DNA of 62,196 nt, counting the filler, from Deltaproteobacteria bacterium (lineage in GTDB: Bacteria; JAEEML01), in assembly GCA_016283195.1 (NCBI GenBank). It is 5 parts of 5 records of this genome, joined end to end, with 100 filler letters (N's around TTAATTAATTAA, not from the genome) between each part and the next. Parts side by side here need not be neighbours in the genome. Positions count along the whole stretch, not along the records: positions 50,899 to 59,122 come from JAEEML010000016.1; positions 59,223 to 62,196 come from JAEEML010000102.1; 3 more parts are not named here. One strand, 5' to 3'. Positions 52,767 through 61,940 of the stretch are shown here, piece after piece (within the stretch, counting starts at the first letter, position 1; each line of letters starts with the position of its first letter). The notes under the pieces are model-generated. The model saw only the letters and a program-made list of their open reading frames with translations. It did not search any database and was not told where the DNA came from. The position numbers and the translations under genes are program-made.

Positions 52767-53519
52767 ATGGCGAAAACTTACGGAAAAATCGGGCGAATAA
52801 TTTTGGCCGAAAACGATAGCCAATTAAGCGAGGAACTATGCCGCACTTTTTTGCATCTCGCAAGTGATGTGGAGCGCTTTTCCGATGGCGACGATGCTCT
52901 AAGTTATGCCGAAAAATACCCGGCGGAACTGCTTTTGCTCTCTCTTAACTGCTGGAATAGCCTAAATGAGAGCATAAAAGCCATTAAAGCCGCCTCTTTT
53001 ATAGATCCGGCGCATTTGGTAGTCTCCGCCAACAAAATGATGCCCAGCCACTTTAACCAGCTTAAAAAATTAAAAATTAAGCATATTTTTCCTTACCCGA
53101 TAAATCCCATATACATATTCAGAATTGTCCATGAAGTTTACGGCATAATAAATCGCCGGCACCCGCGCATAAATTATGATTGCGAAGTATTTTGGGGGAC
53201 AGACGGAGATTATGAGGCTGTTGGCCGCACACTTGATATATCACATGGCGGCATGCGCCTCCTCAGCGACAAAAAACTCTCACTCGGAGCCTCTTTTTAT
53301 TGGGGCTTAAAGCTTGATGAAGAAAAAATCTTTCAGGGGCGCGGCGAAATTTTAAAGCAAGATACCGTAACTTATACCCCAAAAATCGCTTATGGTGTAG
53401 TTTTTAACGAACTCCCCCTACCTACTGCCGCCCTTTTGGAAGAAACCATAGAAGAGCAACTTAAAGCCGGCGTTTCCATGGCCGACATCAGCTTTTTGGA
53501 AGAAATTAAAGAGGCTTAA
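52767..53519 (+). CDS. atypical receiver domain plus PilZ domain protein
   Basis: REC-like IILAEND..ELLLLSL..PYPI; PilZ motifs RRHPR and DISHGG. Confidence 0.82.
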   Translation: MAKTYGKIGRIILAENDSQLSEELCRTFLHLASDVERFSDGDDALSYAEKYPAELLLLSLNCWNSLNESIKAIKAASFIDPAHLVVSANKMMPSHFNQLKKLKIKHIFPYPINPIYIFRIVHEVYGIINRRHPRINYDCEVFWGTDGDYEAVGRTLDISHGGMRLLSDKKLSLGASFYWGLKLDEEKIFQGRGEILKQDTVTYTPKIAYGVVFNELPLPTAALLEETIEEQLKAGVSMADISFLEEIKEA

Positions 53520-53521
53520 CA

Positions 53522-54493
53522 ATGGATGAGGGCGCACCGTTACACTTGCAAATAAGCGATGAAAAGTTGCTCTCCCTTTTGCAACTGCCGGAAAGCATGG
53601 TGCTTAAAGTTTTGAGTGAATCTATGCACATAGCACTCTCTTTAAGAGGCCATGAACTCTTCTTTACCCCTAATAAGGCCGGCCAGTATGAGCGTCTTTT
53701 TGAAACTTTAGAGCGCCTTGGCGAACTCTTAAACATGGGTGCCACTTTAGAAGAATACGATGTGCGCCAAGCCTATTTGGCCAGTGCCGAAAATACCAAG
53801 GAGGCAGCCTCGCCGGTTTATCAGGCTGTGACTTTAAGCGTGGGCAAAAAGAGCCTCCATGCCAAGTCTCCGGCCCAGGCGGCCTATATGGCTCTCTTAA
53901 AAAACCGCGACCTTATTTTTGCTATCGGGCCGGCCGGCACCGGCAAGACTTATTTGGCTGTGGCTATGGCTGTGGCCGCTTTTACTGCTCATAAATACGA
54001 GCGCATTATTTTAACCAGACCAGCCGTGGAAGCCGGCGAGCGCCTCGGTTTTTTGCCCGGTGATCTGGCCCAAAAAGTGGATCCTTATTTGCGCCCGCTT
54101 TATGACGCTCTGCGCGATATGCTGGAGAGCGACCAGCTGGAGCGTCTTTTTGAGCGCGGTCTCATTGAAGTGGCACCTCTAGCCTTTATGCGCGGGCGCA
54201 CGCTCAACAAAGCTTTTATCATCCTGGACGAAGCACAAAACTGCACCCGCGAACAGATGAAGATGTTTTTAACCCGCCTGGGCCCGGCCTCACGAGCGGT
54301 GGTAACCGGCGATATTACCCAGATAGACCTGCCGCCACAGCAAAAAAGCGGCCTTCTGGAGGCTCTTGATATTTTGCCGGCTATTCCGGAAATAGCTTTT
54401 TGCCGCTTCAGCGAAAGCGATGTGGTGCGTCACCCGCTGGTGGCCAAAATTATCGCCGCCTATCAGCAAAAAGAGCAGAAAGCCGCCACCTGA
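53522..54493 (+). CDS. phoH: PhoH/YbeZ-family ATPase
   Basis: GPAGTGKTYLA, RPAVEAGERLGFLPG, AFMRGRT, LDEAQN, DVVRHPLV. Confidence 0.93.
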   Translation: MDEGAPLHLQISDEKLLSLLQLPESMVLKVLSESMHIALSLRGHELFFTPNKAGQYERLFETLERLGELLNMGATLEEYDVRQAYLASAENTKEAASPVYQAVTLSVGKKSLHAKSPAQAAYMALLKNRDLIFAIGPAGTGKTYLAVAMAVAAFTAHKYERIILTRPAVEAGERLGFLPGDLAQKVDPYLRPLYDALRDMLESDQLERLFERGLIEVAPLAFMRGRTLNKAFIILDEAQNCTREQMKMFLTRLGPASRAVVTGDITQIDLPPQQKSGLLEALDILPAIPEIAFCRFSESDVVRHPLVAKIIAAYQQKEQKAAT

Positions 54494-54568
54494 AAGACAA
54501 AACAGGCATTATTCTTGACAATTAGCCGCTACCGTCGCAACTATAGCCGCCGGAGGTTGCTGGCTACT

Positions 54569-55426
54569 ATGAGACGCTGCCCTAATTGCGGTTTTTACAA
54601 TTTTACCGTCGCCGAGACTTGCGGGCGCTGTGAAACACCTTTTGTCGAAAGTTCCAATGTGCCTAAGGCCGAAACCGAGGCTAAAGCGCAGCATATCCCA
54701 CCCAAAGCGGAAACTCTGCCTTTAAATCCTTATGACCGCGTGCTGGCCATAGCTGCCGAGCTTAAAACACTCCCTCCACTTGTGCCGGCCGAAGAAGGTA
54801 ATATTGCAAACGAATTGCCACCTCAGGCAGAAGAAATTGCCGCCGAAGCACTTCCGGCCGAGGAGGAATCTCTTCTTTATAATGAAGTTTCAGGCACTGA
54901 TAAAACCGCTGATTTAGCAGCAAACTCCCCGAATTCGGGCAAAAAGGAGCCGCAAGTAACCGTGAAACTGCCATCTTTTTTCCGCCGCATTACCGCCACC
55001 TTTGTCGATGGGCTTTTAATGGTTGCCGCTTTGGCCGTCACTATTCTTATCATTATCCCGAATGAAGCCCTTTTTGGAGACAGCGTAAGTAAATTTTACG
55101 GTCTCGATAAAGCCATAGATCTTTTCATCCACAGCGGAAACGACTTTCTTACCGCCCTCATGGTCACTGCTGTTTTAGCCATAGTTTATAACTGGCTTAC
55201 GGTTTGCCTCTTTGGCAAAACACTGGGCCACAAACTTTTAGGCCTCAAAGTGGTGCGCAGCGATTCCGCCGGCCGAGTAGGCCCACTGCGCTCTCTTGTA
55301 AGAGCTATCGGCCTCGTGGGCGGAATGTTCTGCATTGGCATCGGTTTATACTGGCGCGTTTTTGATTCTCTGCGCCGCGATTTTGGCGATTTATTTGCCG
55401 GTTCCATGGTTGTAAAAAATATCTAG
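54569..55426 (+). CDS. zinc-ribbon plus RDD-family membrane protein
   Basis: GGAGG RBS, CPNC..CGRC, FFRRITATFVD, GKTLGHKLLGLKVV, DLFAGSMVV. Confidence 0.83.
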   Translation: MRRCPNCGFYNFTVAETCGRCETPFVESSNVPKAETEAKAQHIPPKAETLPLNPYDRVLAIAAELKTLPPLVPAEEGNIANELPPQAEEIAAEALPAEEESLLYNEVSGTDKTADLAANSPNSGKKEPQVTVKLPSFFRRITATFVDGLLMVAALAVTILIIIPNEALFGDSVSKFYGLDKAIDLFIHSGNDFLTALMVTAVLAIVYNWLTVCLFGKTLGHKLLGLKVVRSDSAGRVGPLRSLVRAIGLVGGMFCIGIGLYWRVFDSLRRDFGDLFAGSMVVKNI

Positions 55427-55489
55427 CACCTTCCCACAAATTTATGCGATAATTCCTTTGCTCGATGTTGAGTACCTGTGAGGGCTGTT

Positions 55490-56509
55490 ATGAACTCTAT
55501 AAGTACTGGTTTTAGTTCCGATTATAACTGGCAATCCATGATGAATAGCGAGCCGCTGCCTTTTGACGAAACTCCGCCGGCAGCTTTGGCGCCGCTTAAT
55601 AAAGAGCTGACTTTGCCTCAGCCTGAAACTGCCGTTAAAACTCCTAAAGTGTCCCTTACCGGTAATTCGGCTCTTTTTAATACCGACTCTTTTACCGCCG
55701 CCGCTTTAAATAGTTCACCGGTTATTTTAAATAGCTCTATAGCCAGCGATGCTGTTGCCGCTCCGTCGGAGCCTGCTTATTCTGTCTCTTCTATGGCTAC
55801 AGTAGAGCCTGTTTTAGATGTCTTTATCGCCGGCGATAAAAGCTCATCTCTTAGTACCACCTCATATAACAATACTGCCGCTTTTTCTTCTTTATATAGT
55901 TCTTCGACTTTTGGCTTAAACAGTTTAAAAAACAATAATCTTTTTAATGTAACCTCCTTGAGCAGTCCTCTTTCTCAAAGCAATCTTTCATTTAATAATT
56001 CTTTACTTAGCGGCACTACGACTAATCCTTTTAACCTTAATTTCGCTAACTCTTTAACTAGTTATTTTTCTCCTGCTCCTCTCTGGAGCTCATCCTTTTT
56101 AAATCTCGATTTAACGCTGGGATTATCTCTCTATACCCCGCTCTCTTTTAACTCTTTTTCTCTCTCTTCCACTGCGCCAGTCACCTTGGAAACAACCGAA
56201 GAAGTAGAAAAGAAGAGCCAGAGCCGCGAGCAAAAAGTCAGCCGGGAAACTTTTGTCCAACAACTTAAAGAGGCGGCAGTTGATAACGAGCTGGTGGCTC
56301 TCATTATCAAATCTTTTGAAAGCACCCAGCCTGGCAAGCAAGAAAGCTTTATTCATGAAATAACCACCACAGTCTTTACTAAAGAAATAACCGTAAGGCG
56401 TGAAAAAATCATGGATATTTGCCGCCGTTACAGCTTAAATTCTATCGTAAACAATATGGAAAAAGGCAAAGGCGCGGTAGTTGATGCCCGAGCGGTAATC
56501 AGCTTTTAG
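55490..56509 (+). CDS. hypothetical protein with long Ser/Asn/Leu/Phe-rich low-complexity region
   Basis: long ORF filling the gap between neighbours; charged helical C-terminus; start uncertain (55478/55490). Confidence 0.6.
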   Translation: MNSISTGFSSDYNWQSMMNSEPLPFDETPPAALAPLNKELTLPQPETAVKTPKVSLTGNSALFNTDSFTAAALNSSPVILNSSIASDAVAAPSEPAYSVSSMATVEPVLDVFIAGDKSSSLSTTSYNNTAAFSSLYSSSTFGLNSLKNNNLFNVTSLSSPLSQSNLSFNNSLLSGTTTNPFNLNFANSLTSYFSPAPLWSSSFLNLDLTLGLSLYTPLSFNSFSLSSTAPVTLETTEEVEKKSQSREQKVSRETFVQQLKEAAVDNELVALIIKSFESTQPGKQESFIHEITTTVFTKEITVRREKIMDICRRYSLNSIVNNMEKGKGAVVDARAVISF

Positions 56510-56573
56510 CCAAAAACCTCTAATATAGCCCTCCGCTCTTAAGCTCACTTAAACTAATTGATATAAGGAGATT

Positions 56574-57212
56574 CTATTTACCCCAACCGGGGAAGAGTTG
56601 CAAAAGACCATCAGCACAAAATTGAATAGACATAGAGGCGAGAAGCATACCCATAGTTCTCGTGACAATCTTGATACCAGTGGCTCCCAAAAAGTTGGAA
56701 ATGGCCGTACCGGCTCGCAAAATAAGCCAAGAAGCCAGGCAAACAGCAAAGATAGAAACGCCAACAATAATGGTGTGGGTTAAATCAGGAGCATCACCAA
56801 AAGCCAGAATAACCGTGGTAATCATGGCCGGCCCGCTGAGGAGTGGTATGGCCAGCGGGGTAATGGAAATATCAGCTTTGGCATAACCTTCGTTTTCTTC
56901 GGCAGTGGAATTCTTGGAACTAGTTTCTTTGGCGTTTAACATATCAAACGAAAGGAGCAGTAGCACCAAACCGCCGGCCAGTTTAAAAGCCGCCAAGGTA
57001 AAACCAAAAAAGGTAAAAAGCCACATGCGCGTGGCGCCAAAAAAGGCCAGAACGATAAGAGCCACAATGCAGGCTCTTAAAATCATACGCCGGCGCTCTT
57101 CTTCGGTATTGTGGGGCGTCATGCCGATAACAATCGGGATAGCACCAACCGGATCCATAACTGCCAAGAAGCCGACAAACGTTTTCAAAAAGAGGAATAA
57201 AATAGCTGACAT
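56574..57212 (-). CDS. MarC-family membrane protein
   Basis: AVMDPVGAIP, AFKLAGGLVL, ITPLAIPLLSGPA, TRTMGMLL; start ATG 57212. Confidence 0.92.
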   Translation of the reverse strand: MSAILFLFLKTFVGFLAVMDPVGAIPIVIGMTPHNTEEERRRMILRACIVALIVLAFFGATRMWLFTFFGFTLAAFKLAGGLVLLLLSFDMLNAKETSSKNSTAEENEGYAKADISITPLAIPLLSGPAMITTVILAFGDAPDLTHTIIVGVSIFAVCLASWLILRAGTAISNFLGATGIKIVTRTMGMLLASMSIQFCADGLLQLFPGWGK

Positions 57213-57222
57213 ACAAAACTTC

Positions 57223-58056
57223 CTAAATAAAGAAGCGGAAGGCTGCCGTAAGTTCGCAATCCTTGGTATTGCGGGCATTTTGCCTGAAACCGATATCAAG
57301 AGCCCCAACCTGGAACAAAACACCGGCGCCAATGCTCCAACGATGAATATTGTCGTCTTCATCCCACATGTAACCGGCACGGATTGGCACTTTGCCCGCT
57401 ATGGTATATTCGCCGCCAACGGAAAAGCGCAATTTGGTATCGCTCTTATCGTAAAAATTAGCTACAAAATCAAAGCCGACAGTAAAACTCTGGCCCTGAT
57501 AACCGATACCGGCACCCAGCATAATAGGCAGATATTCATCACCGTCGCCAACATCAATAAGGTTATAACCTATAAGACCGATTCTAAAGCCGCCAATGGG
57601 GTTAAACATCAGGCCAACGTCGCCGGTAAAGTGGTGGAAATCAAGGAGTTTTCCGCCTCCGCACATATATTTTAAAGTAATTCCCAAAGAGAGCATTCTA
57701 AAGAGCTGGTAAGCAGCGGCAATATAGGCTCTATGGTTGGAAAAGCTCTTATCAACAGCCCGCTCCCAGGAATAACCGAGCCCCATAGCCAGGGGGCTTG
57801 ATTGGGAGTCCACCAGTGAAACAGCCGGAAAAGCCACGTTTTTGGCAAAGCGGTGCATATAGGTAATATCTATGGAATAGCGCGGATACATGGCCATACC
57901 GGCCGGATTCAAAAAGATGGCGTCGTTACCAGTAGCAATGCTGCGGGTGGCATAACCCATGGCAATGGCTCGGGCTCCGGCAAACTCTTCACCGGGAGCA
58001 AAATCACCGGTGGCCAGCGTGCCAAGCATGGCAAAAGTTAAAAGTGCTCCGTACAT
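57223..58056 (-). CDS. outer-membrane beta-barrel (FadL/PorV-like N-terminal motif)
   Basis: GGAGGAG RBS, signal peptide, GARAIAMG..AIFLNPAGMA, alternating beta-strands, aromatic C-terminus. Confidence 0.72.
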   Translation of the reverse strand: MYGALLTFAMLGTLATGDFAPGEEFAGARAIAMGYATRSIATGNDAIFLNPAGMAMYPRYSIDITYMHRFAKNVAFPAVSLVDSQSSPLAMGLGYSWERAVDKSFSNHRAYIAAAYQLFRMLSLGITLKYMCGGGKLLDFHHFTGDVGLMFNPIGGFRIGLIGYNLIDVGDGDEYLPIMLGAGIGYQGQSFTVGFDFVANFYDKSDTKLRFSVGGEYTIAGKVPIRAGYMWDEDDNIHRWSIGAGVLFQVGALDIGFRQNARNTKDCELTAAFRFFI

Positions 58057-58215
58057 ATCTCCTCCCGCTACCCTGGCGGTAATAGAATTGTTAGCGTAAG
58101 GTGCCTTAAAAGGCAACAGCTTCCTATTTATGTAACATCACCATTGAAGGAGATAAAATTTTTTGTTATAGCCTCTTTGTTTGCTGCACAGCGGCAGCCA
58201 TTTTAGGGAGTTGTC

Positions 58216-59122
58216 ATGGCCACAGTAAGACTCGAAAATGTGCAAAAGAGCTATGGGGAAAAAGTTGTTGTAAAAGGCGTAGATCTGGAAATTGCCGATG
58301 GCGAATTTTTGGTACTCGTCGGCCCTTCCGGCTGCGGTAAATCAACTACCTTGCGCATGATTGCCGGCCTCGAAGAAATCACGGCAGGTAAGCTCTATAT
58401 CGGCGACCGCCTGGTAAACGATGTGCCGCCGAAAGACCGCAATATTGCTATGGTTTTTCAGTCTTATGCCCTTTATCCGCACATGACGGTGCGCGAGAAT
58501 ATGGCCTTTGGCCTCAAGATGCGCAAAGTCTCCAAAGAGGAAATTGCCAAAAAGGTGGAATATGCCGCCGAAATTTTGGAGCTCACTCCCCTCTTGGACC
58601 GCCTGCCCAAAGATATGTCCGGCGGCCAGCGGCAGCGGGTGGCTATGGGCCGGGCCATTGTGCGCGATCCCGATGTCTTTCTCTTTGATGAGCCGCTCTC
58701 CAACTTAGATGCTAAACTGCGCGTCGCCATGCGCGCCGAGATTGCCCGCCTCCACCAACGGCTTAAAACCACCATCGTCTATGTCACCCACGACCAGGTG
58801 GAAGCCATGACTCTTGCCAACCGCATTGTGGTTTTCCACGCCGGTATTGTGCAACAGGTGGGCGCCCCGCTGGAGCTCTATAACTTCCCGGCCAATAAAG
58901 TTGTCGGCGGCTTCATCGGCAGCCCTTCGATGAATTTTATCGACTTTACTTACGATGGCAGCACCATAAAAGGCGCCGGTGTCAACTGGGCAATTACCGG
59001 CGATTACCCGGAAAGCGGCTCTTTGGGCATCCGCCCGCAGGATTTGGAAATCGAGAATAACGCCGGCCTGGCGGTCGAAGGCATCGTTGATGTTATTGAG
59101 CCCATGGGTGCCGAGACTTACA
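58216..59122 (+). CDS. carbohydrate ABC transporter ATPase (MalK/MsmX/UgpC family; 3' cut by gap)
   Basis: [49 protein letters not shown]. Confidence 0.95.
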
Positions 59123-59222
59123 NNNNNNNNNNNNNNNNNNNNNNNNNNNNNNNNNNNNNNNNNNNNTTAATTAATTAANNNNNNNNNNNNNNNNNNNNNN
59201 NNNNNNNNNNNNNNNNNNNNNN
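59123..59222. other. artificial contig linker
   Basis: N run + TTAATTAATTAA + N run. Confidence 0.98.
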
Positions 59223-60044
59223 CGGGTTTTGGTTTCGGCGGCCATTAGAAACGGTGAGGCGCTTATCCCGCGCGGCAATTTTAAAATAGCTGCCGGCGAC
59301 CGCCTCTTTATTGTAGCCAATAATCAAAATCTCAGCCTGCTATTGGAAGAGCTGGGCTTAAACAAAAAGCCCATTCAAAAGGTGCTGATTATCGGCGGCG
59401 GGCTCATCGGCTATTATTTGGCCAAGCAGCTCGGCGCGGATAAAGTAAAAACCAAAATTATCGACAAAGATACCCGGCGCTGCCGGGAACTCAGCGAACT
59501 TTTGCCGGAAAGCCAGGTGGTCTCCTGCAATGTGATGGAAGTGGAAGCCCTTTTGGCGGAAGGCATTAAAGATTACCGCGCTGTGGCTGCCCTCACCGGT
59601 GATGATGAGGTGAATCTGGTGACTTCCATCTTTGCCTCCTCGGTGGGAGTAGAAAAGATTTTGGCCCAGATATCCACCATCAGCTATGCCAATATGCTCT
59701 CCGCTGCTAAAAATTCGCAAACAATTTCGCCGCATTACGTTTCGGCTGACCTTATTTTGCGTTACACTAAAGATATTTCCAACAGCACGCAGGATATAAA
59801 AAAGCTTTCTCAAATTGCCGATGGCGGCGCGCTCGTTATCGAATTTGACTTAAACAGCACCTTCCCGCAAAAAGATGTTCCGCTTAAAGACTTAAAATTA
59901 AAAGAAAATGTCCTCGTGGCCGCTCTGGTGCGCGAAGGCCATAATATTCACCCTAACGGTCTCACCGTCTTAAAAGAGGGCGATAGCGTCATCATTGTCA
60001 CCACCGACCGCGCCATCATCACTCTCGCCGACATTTTAGCCTAG
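59223..60044 (+). CDS. trkA: Trk system K+ uptake regulatory subunit TrkA (5' lost at gap)
   Basis: IPRG, IIGGGLIGYYLA, ALTGDDEVNL, terminal RCK_C domain. Confidence 0.88.
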   Translation, partial: RVLVSAAIRNGEALIPRGNFKIAAGDRLFIVANNQNLSLLLEELGLNKKPIQKVLIIGGGLIGYYLAKQLGADKVKTKIIDKDTRRCRELSELLPESQVVSCNVMEVEALLAEGIKDYRAVAALTGDDEVNLVTSIFASSVGVEKILAQISTISYANMLSAAKNSQTISPHYVSADLILRYTKDISNSTQDIKKLSQIADGGALVIEFDLNSTFPQKDVPLKDLKLKENVLVAALVREGHNIHPNGLTVLKEGDSVIIVTTDRAIITLADILA

Positions 60045-60051
60045 GTGCCTT

Positions 60052-61359
60052 ATGGAACATATTTTACTGATTTTTGTCGTATTACTGGCTCTCATGCTGC
60101 TCATCAGCATAATAAACGAAAAATTTTTGCATATTTCCAATGAGATAGCTCTGGTTATCTTTTCTCTCATCGTCTCCGGCCTCATCCTGGGCCTAAAAGC
60201 GCTGGGCTTTTTGCAAAATCAAAGTGCGCTTTTGCAGCAGTTTTTTGACTTTCCGTTTGATAAATTTCTCATGGACGGCATTTTGTGCTTTATGCTTTTT
60301 GCCGGTGCCCAAAAAGTACATTTTGGCAAATTTGTAAAAAATATCCGCCCGATATCTTTTTTGGCTTTCTTATCCACCTGCCTCACCTCGCTCATTTACG
60401 GCGGCCTTTTTTACGGCCTTAATTTGCTGCTCGGCCTTAATATGGATATCTGGCTTGCCATCCTTTTGGGCTGCATTGTCTCGCCCACCGACCCCATTGC
60501 TGCCACCGCCATTTTGAATAAATGCGGCCTCTCCAAAAGTGTGAGCTCGGTGATTGAAGGCGAATCGCTCTTTAACGACGGCCTCGGTGTAGCTCTCTTT
60601 ATTTGTATAAGAAATATTGTCACCGGTAGTTCCGATTTGAGCCTGCCGCTTCTCCTCCTCCGCGAACTGGGCGGTGCTATTGTCATCGGCCTTTTGGTCT
60701 CTTTTGTCCTTTTCCGCCTCTTTAAGCTGACGAGCGACCCGGTTAAGCACATTACCATCAGCCTGCTCACCGTTTCGCTTTCTTATGTAATATGCGAAAA
60801 ACTGGGCTTTTCCGGGGTTATTGCCTCGGTGGTGTGCGGCATGTATTTTGCCTATAGCATCAGCAAAATAAAAAACTGGCGCCTGGTGGTGGATCCGCGC
60901 GATTTATATCCCGATTTTTGGGAAATTTTAGATAGCCTGCTCAATAATATGCTCTTTGTTTTAATTGGCCTGGCCATGCTCTTTATCCCCACCCATAAGG
61001 CCTTTATCTGGCTGGTTTTGGGGGCAATAGGCTTTAATCTTCTGGCCCGCTTTAACGGCGTTTTCCTTACCAGCCTCTTTTTGCCCAAGAAGAATATTCC
61101 CAATTTTTACACCCGCTTTGAATTTGTCTCGCTTTTAAGCTGGGCCGGCCTCAAGGGCGGGCTCTCGCTGGCTCTCGCCATGAGCACCGGGCAATTTCTT
61201 TTAAAAGCGGAGACCGCTAATCCCGAACATTACCATGTGATTATGCTGGTTACCTTTGCCACAATTATCTTTACTGTTATTTTTCAAGGGCTTACCACTT
61301 CCAAAGTCTTTAGGGCCATCGAGCGCCACAAAGCGGCGCGGCAGGTGAGGGAGCGCTAG
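60052..61359 (+). CDS. CPA1 (NhaP-type) Na+/H+ antiporter
   Basis: SPTDPIA, IEGESLFNDG, FSGVIA, WAGLKGGLSLALA, QGLT. Confidence 0.92.
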   Translation: MEHILLIFVVLLALMLLISIINEKFLHISNEIALVIFSLIVSGLILGLKALGFLQNQSALLQQFFDFPFDKFLMDGILCFMLFAGAQKVHFGKFVKNIRPISFLAFLSTCLTSLIYGGLFYGLNLLLGLNMDIWLAILLGCIVSPTDPIAATAILNKCGLSKSVSSVIEGESLFNDGLGVALFICIRNIVTGSSDLSLPLLLLRELGGAIVIGLLVSFVLFRLFKLTSDPVKHITISLLTVSLSYVICEKLGFSGVIASVVCGMYFAYSISKIKNWRLVVDPRDLYPDFWEILDSLLNNMLFVLIGLAMLFIPTHKAFIWLVLGAIGFNLLARFNGVFLTSLFLPKKNIPNFYTRFEFVSLLSWAGLKGGLSLALAMSTGQFLLKAETANPEHYHVIMLVTFATIIFTVIFQGLTTSKVFRAIERHKAARQVRER

Positions 61360-61423
61360 AGGGCATCCTTTCCTTCAGCAGTGAGAATCAGACACTTATT
61401 GGCGAACTAATGGGTATGGTGAA

Positions 61424-61690
61424 ATGAAAGAAGATAACAAAAGTATGGAAAGCAAAATTACACCGCTGCTTGCTACTCTTCGTGAACAGAAAGAGATGAA
61501 TATGAAGGGCGGTATCTATCACAAAACGCAGATAGATCTAACCTATAACTCAAACCATATCGAGGGTAGTCATCTGACACACTACCAGACGCGTTATATC
61601 TTTGAGACGAATACCATTGGTGTGAATACCGGCGATACTGGAATGAAAATGTCAAATTTGGCCCGCACATTTTTAGCAATCGCTAAATAA
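61424..61690 (+). pseudogene. Fic-family protein N-terminal fragment
   Basis: GGIYHKTQIDLTYNSNHIEGS..QTRYIFETNTIG is typical of Fic N-termini; stops at 88 aa with no HPFxxGNGR motif. Confidence 0.75.
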
Positions 61691-61940
61691 CTATTAGCCC
61701 ATTGGATCCCCGCCCGGGCTCGGTGGCTAATCTGTTAAATATGTGCAAATTCAGCTATATAAACTCACTAGGTTTGTATGAATAGAGGGAGCGAATTGTA
61801 ATAATTATAGCTGCTTGAGGAAGTGAGAGTAGTATAAATAATAGTGGGAGCTCTCTTGTCGTTCTGGCTTGGGTATGGTAAAAAATGGCAAGGTTAGTGG
61901 TAAAAGGCCAGTATAAGTAAGGTTTAAGGTGAAACAGGAC

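Noticed and set aside
61685..61740. attC-like reading of the hairpin (TAAC...GTTAAAT)
   Set aside because: The left end does not fit RYYYAAC, the unpaired spacer geometry is wrong, and there is no second site or integron integrase.
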